NCBI GenBank assembly: GCA_014905635.1
Contig: JABVCE010000022.1
Span: forward strand, 496,001-560,000
DNA length: 64,000 nt
Source: Scenedesmus sp. PABB004
Taxonomy: Eukaryota
Direction: 5' to 3'
How positions within the stretch are numbered: position 1 is the first letter of the stretch; every line of letters starts with the position of its first letter. This document shows positions 1 to 13,057 of the stretch, in pieces. The notes beneath the pieces are model-generated. The model worked only from the letters and a program-made list of their open reading frames with translations. It was not told where the DNA came from and did no database searches. Position numbers and translations under genes: made by a program.

Positions 1-10
1 GGCCCCGCAG

Positions 11-3000
11 GTCGGCGACCCCGCGTCGCAGCTGCTCAGCGCGCGGCGCGGCTTCACGGACGGCGTCGTCGCGCGCGGCGCGGTGGCGGTCGAGTCGGCG
101 GGCACGCAGTACGCGTGCACCATCGGCGGCAGCGCCGCCGCCGCCTGCGCGTGCACGCCGTCCGCCAACTGCAGCCAGGAGGTGGCGTGCTACGGCGGGC
201 TGTGCGACTTCAGCCCGCTCGCGCTCGTGGCCAACACGACGTACAAGGCGCGCGGGGCCGGCCTAAACCCTCGGCTGCAGCTGCGCGCGCACGGTCGCGC
301 ACCGGCCCGGGGCCCCACGCGCCGCCGCCCACGCGGCCGCGCCGCGGTTTCGCTGCGCAGGTGCTGCTCGTGCCCGCCAGCGCGGACGGGAGCAGCCTGG
401 GCGCGCCGGTGGAGCTCGCGCCGTTCACCACGGCGCCGCCGACCAGCGCGCCGGTGCCGGCGGCGGGCGAGGGCGTCGCGGCGGGCGTCGGGGCCGACCG
501 CTTCACGCTCGCCGGCGTGCAGCAGGACAGGCCGGGCCTGGCGCGCGTGATCGTGACGCGCCTGAACAGCCAGTCCGCCACCAAGGTGCGCGCGCGGGCC
601 GCCGATGGAGCAGGCGGGCGGCGGTCCGCGCCACAGCCGGGCGACGCCAACCAGCCCGCCGCCGCCGCCGCTGCCGCAGCTGGCCGCCGGCAGCGCCACG
701 CCGCTGCAGCCGGCGGCGCCGCGGCCGCAGCCGCTGCCGGCGCGGCAGCTGCTCGGCGCGGCCGCGTCGCGCCTGCCGCGCGAGCCCGGGCCCGGCACGC
801 CGGGCACGCTGTTAGCGCCGCCGTGCCTGGCGGAGCTGCCGTGCGGCTCGCTGTCTGAGGCGCAGCTGCGCGGCTACGTCGACGCCGGCGCCGAGACCGT
901 GGTCGCGCAGCAGTGCGTGCCGCTGCCGACCATCAGCGGGGCCGCCGAGGCCACGGTCGGGCAGCTCGCCAACGACACGATGTATCGCGTGGTCGTCGTG
1001 CACGCCGACACCGCCGGGTGGGCGCGCTGGGCCTGGGCACGCTGCGCCGGGGCGGCTGCCGGGCCCGAACCGGGCCAAGGCTGCAGGCTCACGCCGCCGC
1101 CGCCGCCGCCGCTGTGGCGCAGGAACGAGGCGGTGCTGACGGGCCTGGTGCGCACGCGCGACCTCACGCCGCCGCGGCTCACGGTGCTGGACGCGCCGCC
1201 GCCCGACTTTGACAGCTTCAACCTCACCCTGGCCCTGGACGAGCCGGGCACCGTGTACGGCGGCCTCGTGCTCGCGTCCGACGCGGGCGGCGCGCCGCCC
1301 GAGCCCGCCTGCCCGCCCGCGTTTGCGGGCCCGCTCGTGTGCGAGGTCGCGCTGCCGGCGCCGGACGCCGGCGCCGGCGTGGGCCTTGCCTTCAGCACCG
1401 GGCTGGCGGCCAACACCGACTACGTGCTGCGCCTCATCGCGGCCGACGCGAGCGGCAACTGCCAGCCCGGCTTCACCGAGCTGGCGGTCCACACGCTCGA
1501 CAACGTGCCGCCGCAGACGCTTGCGGCGCGCGTCGAGGGGCTCGGCGGCGACCACGCGACGCTCGCGGTCGCGCTGAACGAGCCCGGCACCGTGCACTTT
1601 ATGGTGCTCCCGCACGGCCCCGCCGGCCCGCCGGCCTGCCCCGCGCCCGACGCGCTCTTCGCCGGCACGCCGCTAAACGCCAGCGCGCTGCCGAGCGCGT
1701 CGTGCGCGGGGGCCGTGCCCGCGCCCGCCGCCGGCGCGGCCGCGCGCGCCAACGTGACGGGCCTGGCCAGCGAGACGGGCTACCGCGCGTGCGTCATCGC
1801 CGCCGACGCGACGCGCCTGGCCAACCGGCAGGCCGCGCCGGCGTCGGTCGACTTCACGACCCTGGACGTCACGCCGCCGGCCCTCGCCGCCGCGCCGCTG
1901 CCCGGCAGCGACGGCAACTTCAGCTGCAGCAGGCGCGGCGCCGGCCGCGCGCGCGCGTGCTGGCAGCGGTGGCCCGGCCGCCCGCGCTGACCGCCTCGCC
2001 GCGCCTGTGCGGCCGCGCAGGGAGACCTTCCTGTGCGACCTCACCTTTACGACCGCGCTGAACGAGCCCGGCGCGGTCGCATGGGCGCTCCTGCCAGCGG
2101 GCGCCGTGCCGGCGGAGCTGCCGTCGGCGGCGCAGCTGCTGGGCGCGGCCAACGCGAGCGAGCTGCTGCCCGGCGCGCTGGCGGCGGGCGCGGTCGGCGC
2201 GGCGGCGGCCAACACCAGCGTGCCGGGCCTGCCAAGCCAGGCGGCGTACGCGCTGCTCCTCGCCGCGCGGGACGCGGCGCCGGCGCCCAACTATGCGGCG
2301 CTGCAGCTGCTGCGCCTGGCCGCGCCCGACGTCACGCCGCCCGCCTTCACAAGTGCGGCGGCGGACCGCACAGCGCGAGGGGCCAGCTGGGGCGGACGGG
2401 CCTGCCGCTGGCGCTGTGGCGCGACGCCCGCTCCGCCCCGGCCCGCCCCGGCCCGCCCCGCCCCGCCCGCAGCCGTGGCACTGGCAGCCGCGGCCGACAC
2501 CAACATCACGCTCAACCTGACCCTGAACGAGGCTGGCATCGTGCACGTGGTGCTCGCGCTAAACCCCTCGGCGGCGCCCACGCCGGCGGAGGTCGCGGCC
2601 GGCGCGTGCGCCAACGGCTCCGCGCCGTGCGCCGCGGCCGCGAGCGCGCCGGCCGGCGCTGGCGCGCCGCTGTCGCTGGTGGTGCCCGGCCTCGCCCCGG
2701 GCAGCCTGTACGACGTGTACCTCGTTGCCGCCGACGCGCCCGCCGGCAACGTGCAGCGCGACGTCACCAACATCACGTGCGATGCCGCGCTGCGCGCTGC
2801 GTGTTGCCGCGCCTGCCGCCGCGCGTCTCGCCCACGCCGCCGCGCGCCCCGCCCGCCTCGCGCGGCGCTGCGCAGGCGCGTGCGCACGCCCGACAGCTCG
2901 CCGCCGGTCGTGTCGGCGCTCGCGGCGAGCTTCACGCCGCCGATGACGCTGGTGCTGACCGCCAACGTCAGCAAGGCCGGGCGCCTCATCTATGCGGCAC

Positions 3001-6000
3001 GGCGCCGCGGCGAGCCGGCGCCGAGCGCGGCCGACGTGCTGTCCGCGTGGCAGAGCGGCGACGCCGCGCTCGCCAACTTCACGGGCGCGCTGCCGGCGCC
3101 CGCGCCGCACGCGGCGCTGTCCGGCTCCGCGTGCGTCGCGGACGGCGACCGCATGGTGATCTACGCGGTGCCGCAGGACGCCGAGGGGCTGTGGCCGGGG
3201 CGCGCCAACAATACCGGCGCGCTCGCGAGGTGCGAGCGGGCGGGCGCGCGGGCGCGGGGCGCGAGCGCCTGCGCGGCGCCGCCTGGCCTGGCCAGCCCAC
3301 GCGCCGCACGCGGTGCGTCGCCGCAGCGCGGAGGTGGCGCTCGTGGACCCCGACTTTGGAGCGTCGTGCGTGAGCCAGGTCTTCCTCGCGCCGCTGCGCC
3401 CCACCCTCGCGTTTGCGGCAGGCGCCGACCCCGCGGCGGGCCTCGGCGGCCTGCTGCTCGGCCCGCGCCGCGCCAACGCGACAGCGAGCGGGACGACGTG
3501 GCAGCAGGACGCGGCGGGCGTGCTGGAGGGCGGCGGCCTGGGCGCGCCGCTGGCGCTCGTCGCGCGCGCGGGCCCCGTGTGGCTGCCCGGCGCCATCGCG
3601 CTTGACGTCCGGCCGTGAGCGCGCCCTGCCGCTGCCGCCGCCCCCGCCGGCCCGCCCCACGCGCAACGGCTGCCCTCCGCGCCCGCGGGCCGAGCGCGCG
3701 CCGCCGCCCCCGCGCGCCGCGCGCGCCCCGCTCGCAGGCGCCCGCCCGCCGCGGTCGCGGCCGTCGTGCGCGGCGGCCTGCTCGTGCCGGACGCCAACGA
3801 CGCGCGCGGCGCCACGCTGCGGCTGAGCTACCAGCTGACCGACGCCAGCGGCCGCGCGCAGGTCGACGCGCGCGGGCTGGTGCTGCGCCCGCAGCTGGGC
3901 TACGCCAACGGCACGGCGCCGCCGCCCGGCGCGTCGGCGGGCGGCAACGCGCTGCCCGACTGCGACGCGGGGCTGCTCGACCCGGTCAGCGGCGTGGGGA
4001 CGTGCGAGGTCGCGGTGGCGGGCCGCCTCTTCCCCGCCGCCGGCACCGCGGCGGCGACGGTCGTGCTGCGCGTGCTGGCCGGGTTCGCCGCGCGGCGCGG
4101 CACGGCGCGGGGGCGCGGCCGGCCCCTGCGCCGCGGCCGTCGTGCCCACCCGCGGCGCGCGCCGCGCGCAGGTCGGCAGAGCTCGCGGCGTCCGCGCCCG
4201 CGCCCGTCACGCTGCAGGCGCCGCCCGGTCCGCCGGCGTCGCCGTCCGCCCAGCCGGCGCTGCTGGTGACGCTGCCGTACCGCCCCGTCGCGCCCGGCGA
4301 GGTCATCAAGGTCACGCTGGAGGCCTCCAACCCGCTGCCCCAGGGCCTGACCTCCTTCACCGTGCCGCTGCGCGTCGACCGCCGCGCGCTCGAGTGGCGC
4401 AGCGGCGCGTCCGCGGCGCCGTGGCTGCCGCTCGCGACGTCGCTGCGCCCGCTGCCGGGCGGCGGCGACCTGCTGGAGCTGTCGGTCGCGGGGCGCGCCG
4501 GCGGCACCCCCGACGCGGCGTGAGTGCCGCCTCCCGTCGCCCGCGGGCGGCGCCGTGCTGAGCCGCCGGGCGGCCGGCCCCGCCACCCACGCACGGCTGG
4601 CCCCACCCACGCGCGCCGCCGCCGCTGTGCCGTGTGGCGCGCCGCAGGTATCGCGCGAGCTCGAGCATCCCCCTCGCCGAGCTCTACTTTGCCGTCACGG
4701 CGCCCCCCGGCACCGCGGCGGCCGCGCTCGCGATCGCGCCGGGCAGCCTCTTTGCGCTCGGGCCCGCCTGGTCGGCGCCGTTTGCGCAGTTTTCCAGCTT
4801 TGACGGCGCCGGCCCCGCGGGGCGCCTTGCGGTGGTGCCCGCGGCGACGCTCGGCGCGTGGGCGTGGGCCGAGGCGTACGAGCTGTTCAACACCGCGGCG
4901 CTCAACGGGCGCCAGGTCTCGGCGCGCCTGCGCGGCGCGCTCGTGCGCAGCCACGGCGACCTCGGCGGCGGCGCGCCGGGCGCCGTGAGCGGCTGCGCGC
5001 TGTCGGGCGGCGGCGGCGGCGCCGCGAGCGTGGCGGTCGAGGACGGCGCGTGCGTGGTGCGGCTCAACGCGGTCAACACCCTGCCCGCCAAGGGCCTGGC
5101 CGTGACCGTGTCGCTCGCCGGCGACGGCCAGGCGCCCGACCCGACGGCGGAGGTGCGCCGGGCGCCCCAACCCCCGAGCCGCGCGGCGCCGCCGGGAGCT
5201 GCCGCCGTCCCTGCCGCCGTCCCTGCTGACTGCCGCCGGCGCACCGGCAGGTCAAGCTCAACGTCTGGCTGCCCACCAACCTCACGCTGTCTGCCGCGGA
5301 CGCGACGCTCAACTCTCTGCTCCCCATCAACGCCGCGCCGGCGACGCCCTCCTGCCTCGACCGCTTCCAGAGCACGCAGCTCACGCTCACCGCGGACTGG
5401 ACCAACGGCGGCGGCGGGCCGGGCGACGTGCTGGCAGGCGCGGACGCCACCGACCTCGCCGCGTTTGCCAGCAGCGACACCAACGTCGCACAGGTGGCGG
5501 GCGCGACGGTCAAGGTGCGTGCGTGCGGCGCGCGCACCGCCCGGCGCCGGGGCGCGCACTCCCCTGTCGCGTCGAGCCGCCACCGCGGAAGGGCCGAGCG
5601 CGTGGGCGCCGCCTCACGCCCTCGCACGCGCCCAGGGCGTGCGCGCCGGGGCCGTCACCATCACCACCCCCGCCGCGCCGGCGCTGCGCCTGGCGCTGAC
5701 GGTGAGCGACGAGCCGGTCTGCCTGGTGCAGCTCCATGCGCTCGCCACGACCGGCGTCGGGCTTGCGCCGGCGTCCGCGGCGGCGCTCGCGGCGGCGCCG
5801 CCGCGCGGGCTGGACCGCGCCGCGCTGGCCTGGGAGGCGCGGCAGGCGCTCGTGTGGGAGGACTCGGCGGCGCTGGTGCTCAGCGTGGCGCGCTTCTCCG
5901 ACGGCGCGACCATGGATGTCAGTGCCCGCGCGGCAGTGAGCCTCGCGGCGCCCGCGCCCGGCGCGGCGGCGCTGCCGGTCGCGCTCGGCCGCGACGACGC

Positions 6001-6885
6001 GACGCAGCTGGCGACCGTGGTCGTCAACGCGACGGTGCGCCGCCGCGCGGTCCGGGGGCGCCCCCGCCTGTCGCGCCGGCGGCCACCGCCCACCTGCGCC
6101 CCACCGCCGCCGCCCCCTCGGCCTCCCCGCGCGCAGGTCGGCGCCAACGCCAGCTGCCAGCAGGCGCTGCGCACCTCCTGGTCCGTCTGCTCGCTGCCGC
6201 TGGGCGGCGGCAGCGGCGCGGTGCGCGTGCAGCTGCCGGCGCCGGCCCGGGTCGCCAACTTCAGCGCCGCGCCGGGCGCGATCGCGGCCGCCGGCAGCGC
6301 GGCCAGCGCGGCGCCCGTGGCGCTGCCGACGGCGGCGGCGCTCTCGCTGTGGGTCGCGTTTGCCGACGGCAGCGTGCGCGACTTCAGCCGCGACGCGCGC
6401 GCGTCCTTTGCCGTGACCGCCGGCGGCACCGCCTGCGCCGTCGCGCGTGCGCCTGGCGGCGGCTGGCAGGCCGTCGCGGCCGCGCCGAGCGCGGCGGGGC
6501 CGTGCACGCTCACCGCCACGGTGTCCTTTGCCGGCCCGCCCGCCGCGTCGCCGGCCAGCCTCTCCGCGACGGCGGGGCTCGAGGTCGTCGCGCTCACGCA
6601 GCTCGGTGTCGCGGCGCTCGACGCCGCGACGGTGTCGCCGCCGGCGCTGCCGCTGGCGCCTGGCGCGCTGCTCGCGCCGGACGAGGGCCTGGTGCTGCTC
6701 AAGTGCGACGCCACCAACTACGACCAGGTGCGGCGGGGGCGCGCTGCGGCTGGTGCCGCCGTGCAGCGCGAGGTGCGGAGGTTTTGCCGGCAGGACGCCA
6801 TCTGACGCCGCCGCGCGCCGCCGCCCCGCGCAGCGCACCATCTGGGCGGTGGGCGTGCTCAGCAACTGCAGCGCGGGCGGCGCGC

Positions 6886-6940
<55 letters not shown>

Positions 6941-8956
6941 GTCGTGCCCGCAGGTCGACCTGAGCAACCGCGCGCTGCTCAGCCTGGCGAGCAGCAACCC
7001 GGGCGTGGCCGACGTGCTGGCGGCCTACCCGCCGCCCCTCGCGGGTGCGCGCCGGCGGCGGGGCCTGGCCCGGGCGGGGCGGCTGGCTCAAAGCCTGTCA
7101 GGGTCTGGCTGCCTTGGCTGGGGACGCGTGCGCCCGCTCAGCTGACGCGCGTCCGCCGCCGCACGCCTCCCTGCCGCCCCAAAACATCCGCCCTCCTCTG
7201 AACCCTCAGGCTACCCGACCTATCCGCTTCTGGGCAACCGCCTCGTGCCCACCGCGCCCGGCGCCACCAACCTCACGCTGACGCTGAACGCAAGCGGCCT
7301 GTCCCGCGCGGTCGCGGTGACCGTGCGCGACACGTACGCGCCGGGCTGGCCGGCCGCGCGTCCGCTGCGCGATGGCGCCGCGGGCGTGACGGCCAACATG
7401 AGCGCCCCGGGGTTCACCGTGACCTACCGCCTCGTGCCCTCGGACGCGCTGCCGGGCCTCGCGACCGAACCGCCGAGCGCGGCCGACGTCGAGCGTGACG
7501 GTGCGCGCGGCGCGCGGGCCGGGGGGTCCGGGCCCGCCCTCAGCCGCGCGGACGCAGCGCGGCTGCCCTGGCCCGGGCGCCGCCGAGCCTGGCGCGCGCG
7601 CCGCGCCGCGCCCCCGCCTGCGCAGGCGTGCGGCTGGTCGCGGACGCGTCCGGCGGGCCGGGCTTCCTGTCGGGCGTCGCGGACGGCCTCGTGCCGGGGA
7701 CCAACTACACGCTGCTCGCCGCGGTGCGCCACGGCGACGCGCTGTCGCCCGGCGTGACCGCGCTGTCGGGCCTGCTCGTCCCAGACACCACGCCGCCGAG
7801 CTTCACGCGCGCCGCCGTCACCGCGGTCGGCCCCGGCGGCGCGGCGGGGCGGTTCAGCCTGTCGCTGGAGCTCGGCCTCAGCGAGGCGGGGCGCGTGGCG
7901 TACGCGGTCTACGGCGACCCCGCCTGCATCACCGGTGCGCCGCGCTCCAGCGGCGGCTGCGGCCCACCCCCGTGCGTGCGCAGCGAGCGCCCGCGCCCAC
8001 CGCCGCCGCCTCACCGCGCGCATGCGCACGCACCGCGCACAGCGCCGCCCACGCCGGAGGAGGTGTCGGCGGGCGCCAACCTCGCGGACGCGGGCAAGTG
8101 CAGCTGCGACCGCCGCTTCTGCACTGCCGCGGCGGCGGGCGCGTGGGTGTTTGACGCGAGCGGCGCGGCCGACGCGGTGTCGGCGAGCCCCGCGCTGCCG
8201 CCCTTCCCCTTTGACGACCTGCCCGCCGACCCCGTGTGCGCCAACTGTGAGCGCGCGGGACGTAGGCTGTGCCGCGGGCGGGGGCGGCCGCGCACAGCGC
8301 ACCTCCCTGGCGCCTGCCCACGCTCACCCGCCCGCGCCCCGCGCCGGGCTCTGGACTCACCCCGCCTCGCGCGTGCAGACACGCCGGCGGGCTTTGCGTC
8401 GCGCCACCACGCGGTCTACCTGGTGGCGGAGGACGCACTGCCAAACTACGCCGGCTGGGCCAGCGCCTGCGCGCTGCCGCCCACGCCCGCCGCGCCGCCG
8501 CCGGTCGGGCCGTGCGCGCCGCTAACGCTCGCGCGCTGCGCCAACAGCGCGCCCGCGTCCGAGGCGCCCAACCGGCAGGCGCCGCCGTATGCCGACCTCG
8601 CCGCCGCGGGTGGCCCGCCGCCGCGGGCGCCGCTCGTGGGCGTCGCGACGCTCGACGACGGCGTGGCGCCGGGGTTTGCCGCCGCGTCGCTCAACACCAC
8701 GGGCGCGAGCCTCGTGTTTGCGTTTGCGCCGTCCAAGCCCGGCCTGGTGCGCTGGCAGCTGGTGGAGCGCGTGAGCGTGGTCATCGCGGGCGGCTACGTC
8801 GCCGCGCGCGCGGGCGGCGAGGCGGGCAGCGTGTCGGTGTCGACGACCTGCGCCGGCGCGCCGCTCGTGGGCGGCACCGCGTACGCGCTCTGGTACAGCC
8901 TCACAGACGCCTACGGCGCGTCGACGGACGTCAACATCCTGCGCGCGGTGCTGTGA
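11..8956 (+). CDS. Very large multi-exon protein, probably extracellular, with repeated Ig/FN3-like modules and a central TMEM132-like region; 5' end lies outside the window
   Basis: About 18 exons join in frame at GT/GC..CAG junctions and end at TGA 8954-8956. At least 8 modules of the form D-x-T/A-P-P...L-N/D-E-P-G-x-V. The segment VWLPTNLTLSAADATLNSL..CLDRFQ..DATDLAAFASSDTNVAQV..VSDEPV..ARFSDG resembles the TMEM132 BIG domains. Confidence 0.75.
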
Positions 8957-9437
8957 GGCGCGCGAGGGCTGACGAGCTGAGCTCAGGGGAAGCAAGGGGC
9001 CGGGGGTGAGCTGTGTGGGGTCAAGCACGAGGGGGGCTCGCTCTATTGATTGATGGGCCGACCGGCTGACTGACCATGACCCCCTGACGGTGTACATCGA
9101 CGCACGAGGTGCGGCCACGAACGCGCAGCGAGCCCGTTGCATGTCCGAGGGCGCGCGCGCGCCGTCGCGGCGCGGCGCGGCGCGGACCAACCACCCAGCA
9201 CGCAGCGCGCGACCCGGCGCGACTGCGTTCGTTCGTTCGTTCGTTCGCCGCCCCTGCGTGCAAGGGGCGGCACTCGCTCACTGCACATGCACGCACGCCC
9301 CACGCACGACGCCGGTGACTCGCGGCGGAGAGACGCCGCGGCGCAGCGCTCCGCCCCGCCTGCCCGCTCCGGTCCGGCCCCGCGCGCGCGCCGCAGCTGC
9401 GCGTCCCGCCTCGATCGCCCGCCCCGCCCCCTGTCGC

Positions 9438-11399
9438 TCACAGCAGGCGCAGCGCCTGGTTGGCCACGTAGTAGGCGCCAGACGGCGTGTGCGCGAGCGT
9501 GAAGGCCTCGGCAAACGGGAACCGCGCGCCGCCAGCGCCGGCGCCGGCGGCGCCGCCCAGCTCCGCGACGCCCTGCACGAGCACGAGCACGCACCCCGTC
9601 TGCGGGCGCAGCACGCAGGTGCCGTGAGCGGCGGCGCGATGCGGCGGCGGCGGCGGCGGCGCGGGGTGGCGGGGCGGCAGCTGCGCCGCGCACCTCGACC
9701 GCGCCGAGTGGCTGGCTGTCCACGCTCGTCACGCGCCACCCCGGGCGCGGCCCGCCGCCCGGCTGCGCCGTGGTGGCCTGGCCGAGGCGCGCGAGGATGG
9801 CGGGCCGCCCCGTGTGCGCCTTGCCCTGGTACGTCAGCACCTGCCAACCCCGGCGCGCGCGCGGTGAGCGCGGTGGCGCAGGCGCGCTGCCGCTCGCACG
9901 CGCTCGGCGGTGAGCGCGGCGGCGCAGGCGCTCCGCCGCTCGCACGCGCTCGGCGGCGCCCGCGGCCGGCCGCTGCCGGCGCTGGCGCCACCGCCGCCGA
10001 GGCCGCCGCCAAGGTTGGGCTCACCGAGTGGTCCATGTAGAGTGGGGCGTAGAGCTCGCCGCGCGCGAGGCCTGCGTAGTAGGTTGACGCAAACATGACG
10101 CCCACCTCCTCCAGCCTGGGGCCGGCAGAGGGAGGGGGTGTGGGACAACGGGCGAGGGGGCGCGTGGGTGGCTGGGCACCCAGGGACGGGGGGGGGGGGG
10201 GGGGCGGCGCCGTGCGGCGCGGCGCGCGGCGCGCGGCGCGGCGCGGCCGCACTTGTCCTCCAGGCGCAGCACCGCCTGGCGCATGAGCCCCCGCAGGTTG
10301 CCGCCGCCGCCCGCGAGCCAGGGGTGCGCGAGCAGCGCCGACGCGGGCGGCCGCGCCGACGGGTCGCGCGCGAGGCAGGCGGCCAGGAAGTCGCGGCACG
10401 CCTCGCTCACGGCGCCGTGCGGCGGCAGCGGCACGTCGTCCTGCAGCACCTGCGCCGCCGCCGCCGGGGCGCCCGCCACGCCGGCCGCGCCGGCTGTGAG
10501 ACAGGGCGCGGGCCGCGCCGGCGCCGCCCTGGCCGCCCCGCCTCGCCCCGCCTCGCCCCTCCCCCCGGCCCTCCCTTAAACCCTAGCCCCCCCCCCCCCC
10601 CCCCGCTCACGTGGAGGATGAGGTCCATCGGCCCCCCCGCCGCCGCCGCCTCAAAGGGGTACCGCCCGGTGAGGCACTCGACCAGCACCATGCCCAGGCT
10701 CCTGCGCGCGCCACGAGGCTCAGGGTTTAGGGTTTAGGGTTCATTCCCCCTCCCGCCGCGCGTGCGCGCGGTGTCGCGCCAGGGCCAGGCTCGTGCGGGC
10801 CGCCCGCCTGCCCCCCCCCCCCTGCTCCCTGCTCCCTCCCTCGCGCCCCACCAGATGTCTGCCTTGAAGCTGTACGGCCGGTTCTCCAGCCGCTCCGGCG
10901 ACATGTAGGTCACCGTGCCCGCGTACGTCGTGCACTGCGCGCCCACAGCAGCACACAGGGCGCGACGTCACGCGGCGCGCACGGCAGCGTGATGTGGCGC
11001 AGCGCGGCGCGGTGCGGTGCGCTCGGCGCGGCGCGGGGCGCAGCGGCGGCGCGGGGCGCTCGGCGCAGCTTGGCGCGCAGGCGGCGCGGGGCGCAGGCGG
11101 CGGCGCGCCTGCGCGAGCGTGTGGTCGACGGTCGCTGCGATGCCAAAGTCGCTGAGCTTGGCGGCGCCGGCGAGGCTGAGCAGGATGTTGGCGGGCTTGA
11201 TGTCGCGGTGCACCTGTTGGTGGCGGCGGGGTGAGGTGAGTTTGGGGGCTCTAACGGTGTGTGCTGTGTGCTGTGTGCTGTGTGCTGTGTGCTGTGCGTG
11301 CGCGCGCGTGGGATGGGGCGGCCTCGCCTTGGCGGTGTGCGCTGCACAGCCAGCCCCCTCTGCCACGCCCGCGCACCCAGCCGCCCGCCCAGGCCGCAG

Positions 11400-11432
<33 letters not shown>

Positions 11433-12671
11433 GCGCCCCCCCCCCTCCGCGGGCGCACCATGTGCCGCGCGTGCATGAAGGCCAACCCCTGCAGCACCTT
11501 GGCCGCGACGCACGCGACCACGTCCTCGGGCAGCCGCCCCAGCTGCGCGCGCCGCGGCGGGCGGCGCACGCGCGCGCGCGCTCGCGGCGCGCTCGCGCGG
11601 CCGGCGGCGCGCTGCGCCTCGGCCGCCGCGGCGCCGCGCGCAGCAGCACCTTTTTGAGCAGGTCTGCGAGCGTGCCGCCGTCCATGTATTCCAGCACCAC
11701 CGCCATCTGCGCGCGTCGGGGGGCGGCGTACCTCGGCGCGCCGCCGGCGCGGCACCGGGCCCGCGCCACCCCCATCGCCCCCGGCTGCGCGCCGCGCCCC
11801 CGGCCGCCCCCGCCCCGGGCTGCCGCGCCCCGGGCTGCCCCGCCCGGGCGCACCTGGTCGCGCGCCGGCACGACGTAGGCGCCGAGGAAGCGTATGAGCC
11901 CCGGCACGTCGTCCGCGTCGGCGAGGACCTTTACGTCACGCAGCATCTGCTGCCGCACCTCCTCGTTGGCCATGCTCACGCGCTTGACGGCGACAAAGCG
12001 CTGCAGGCCGTGGTGGAAGCCCTTGTGCACCTGCGCGGCGCGGTGCACACACGCCGCTCAGCGCCGCCGCGCAGCGCACCCGCTGCCCGCCGCGCCTGCC
12101 GCCGTCGCCCGCGGCCACGTCTGCCGGTGCCACCCCTCCACACGCCCCCACCCACCGTGGCGCAGGCGCCCGCGCCGAGGGGCTGCAGCAGCATGATGTC
12201 GCCCTCCCGCACCTGCGCCACACGCGCGGCGCGGGCAGCGGCGGGCCGGCTCGCCCGCGGGCGACGGCGGGGCGCGCCGCGCCGCGCGGCTGCGGCCGGC
12301 TGTGGCCGGCGGCGGGGCGCCGCGCGCGGCGCGGCGCGGGCGCGGGCGCGCCTTGTAGTGCGGCGCGGCCTGGCCGCCCGCTTTGACCAGGCCGTCGGCA
12401 CTGAACACGTACTGCCCCTTTAGCGACCGGCCCAGCATGGCGCAGCTGCCGTCGGGCCCCACCTGCCACGCGTCCTGCGGCGGCGGCGGCGCGCGCGCGC
12501 GCCGGGCGCGGGGCCGTCGCGTGCCGCGCCGCCCGACGCCGCCGCTGCTGCCCCGCGCCAGCGCCGCTCCCGCGCCGCGCTCACGACGGCATCCTTGGCA
12601 GCCGCTGCGGGGAGATCCGGGGGGCGCTCCGGCTCGGTCACGATCTTGAGCGCGAAGGGCCGCGGCGGCAT
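9438..12671 (-). CDS. MKK3: MAP kinase kinase, MKK3 (group B) type, with C-terminal NTF2-like domain; 13 exons
   Basis: Spliced kinase motifs LGAGACATV, VAVK, LEYMDGGTL, HRDIKPAN, DFG, T-LAQCT-T-YAGTVTYMSPER and KADIWSLG. The frame continues into an NTF2 fold (FASTYY..LYMDHS.LTYQG..SVDSQP..FAEAFTL..YYVANQALRL*). Confidence 0.9.
10722..10741. repeat. Interstitial telomere-like (TTTAGGG)n, about 3 units, inside an MKK3 intron
   Basis: Sequence AGGGTTTAGGGTTTAGGGTT. Confidence 0.8.
11258..11292. repeat. (TGTGTGC)5 intronic tandem repeat
   Basis: Read directly; inside an MKK3 intron. Confidence 0.9.
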
Positions 12672-13057
12672 GGTGTCGGGCGGCGCCTCAGTCCGCCGCC
12701 CCGCACATCTGGCGGCCGCCCGCCGCCGCCGCGCCGGCGCAGGCGCCGCCGCTCCGGCAGCGGTGCCGGTGACTCCCTCTCAGACGCTGAGGCCGCGCAC
12801 AGGCACGCGTCAACGGGTGTAGGCGTGTCGAGCTGCTGCTGCTGCTGCAACCGCTCGCCCAGCGCACGCTCGGTGTAGCGCGGCGCTCGCAGGACGGGCC
12901 CGGGGCGATCACGGGCGGTGCGGCGAGCGATCTGGCGCCGAGACGGGGGGCACACGATGATACAGCGCACTGCCGTTCGCAGAACCGCGAAGCTGGTTGC
13001 ACGCGCCGGCCCCCGCGCTGCGCGTCTCAGCGCAGACGAAACCCGCCGCCGCCGCCC

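Noticed and set aside
8969..8992. CTGACGA followed by a small hairpin as a hammerhead ribozyme core
   Set aside because: Stem II is not closed before a GAAA, and stems I and III are absent.
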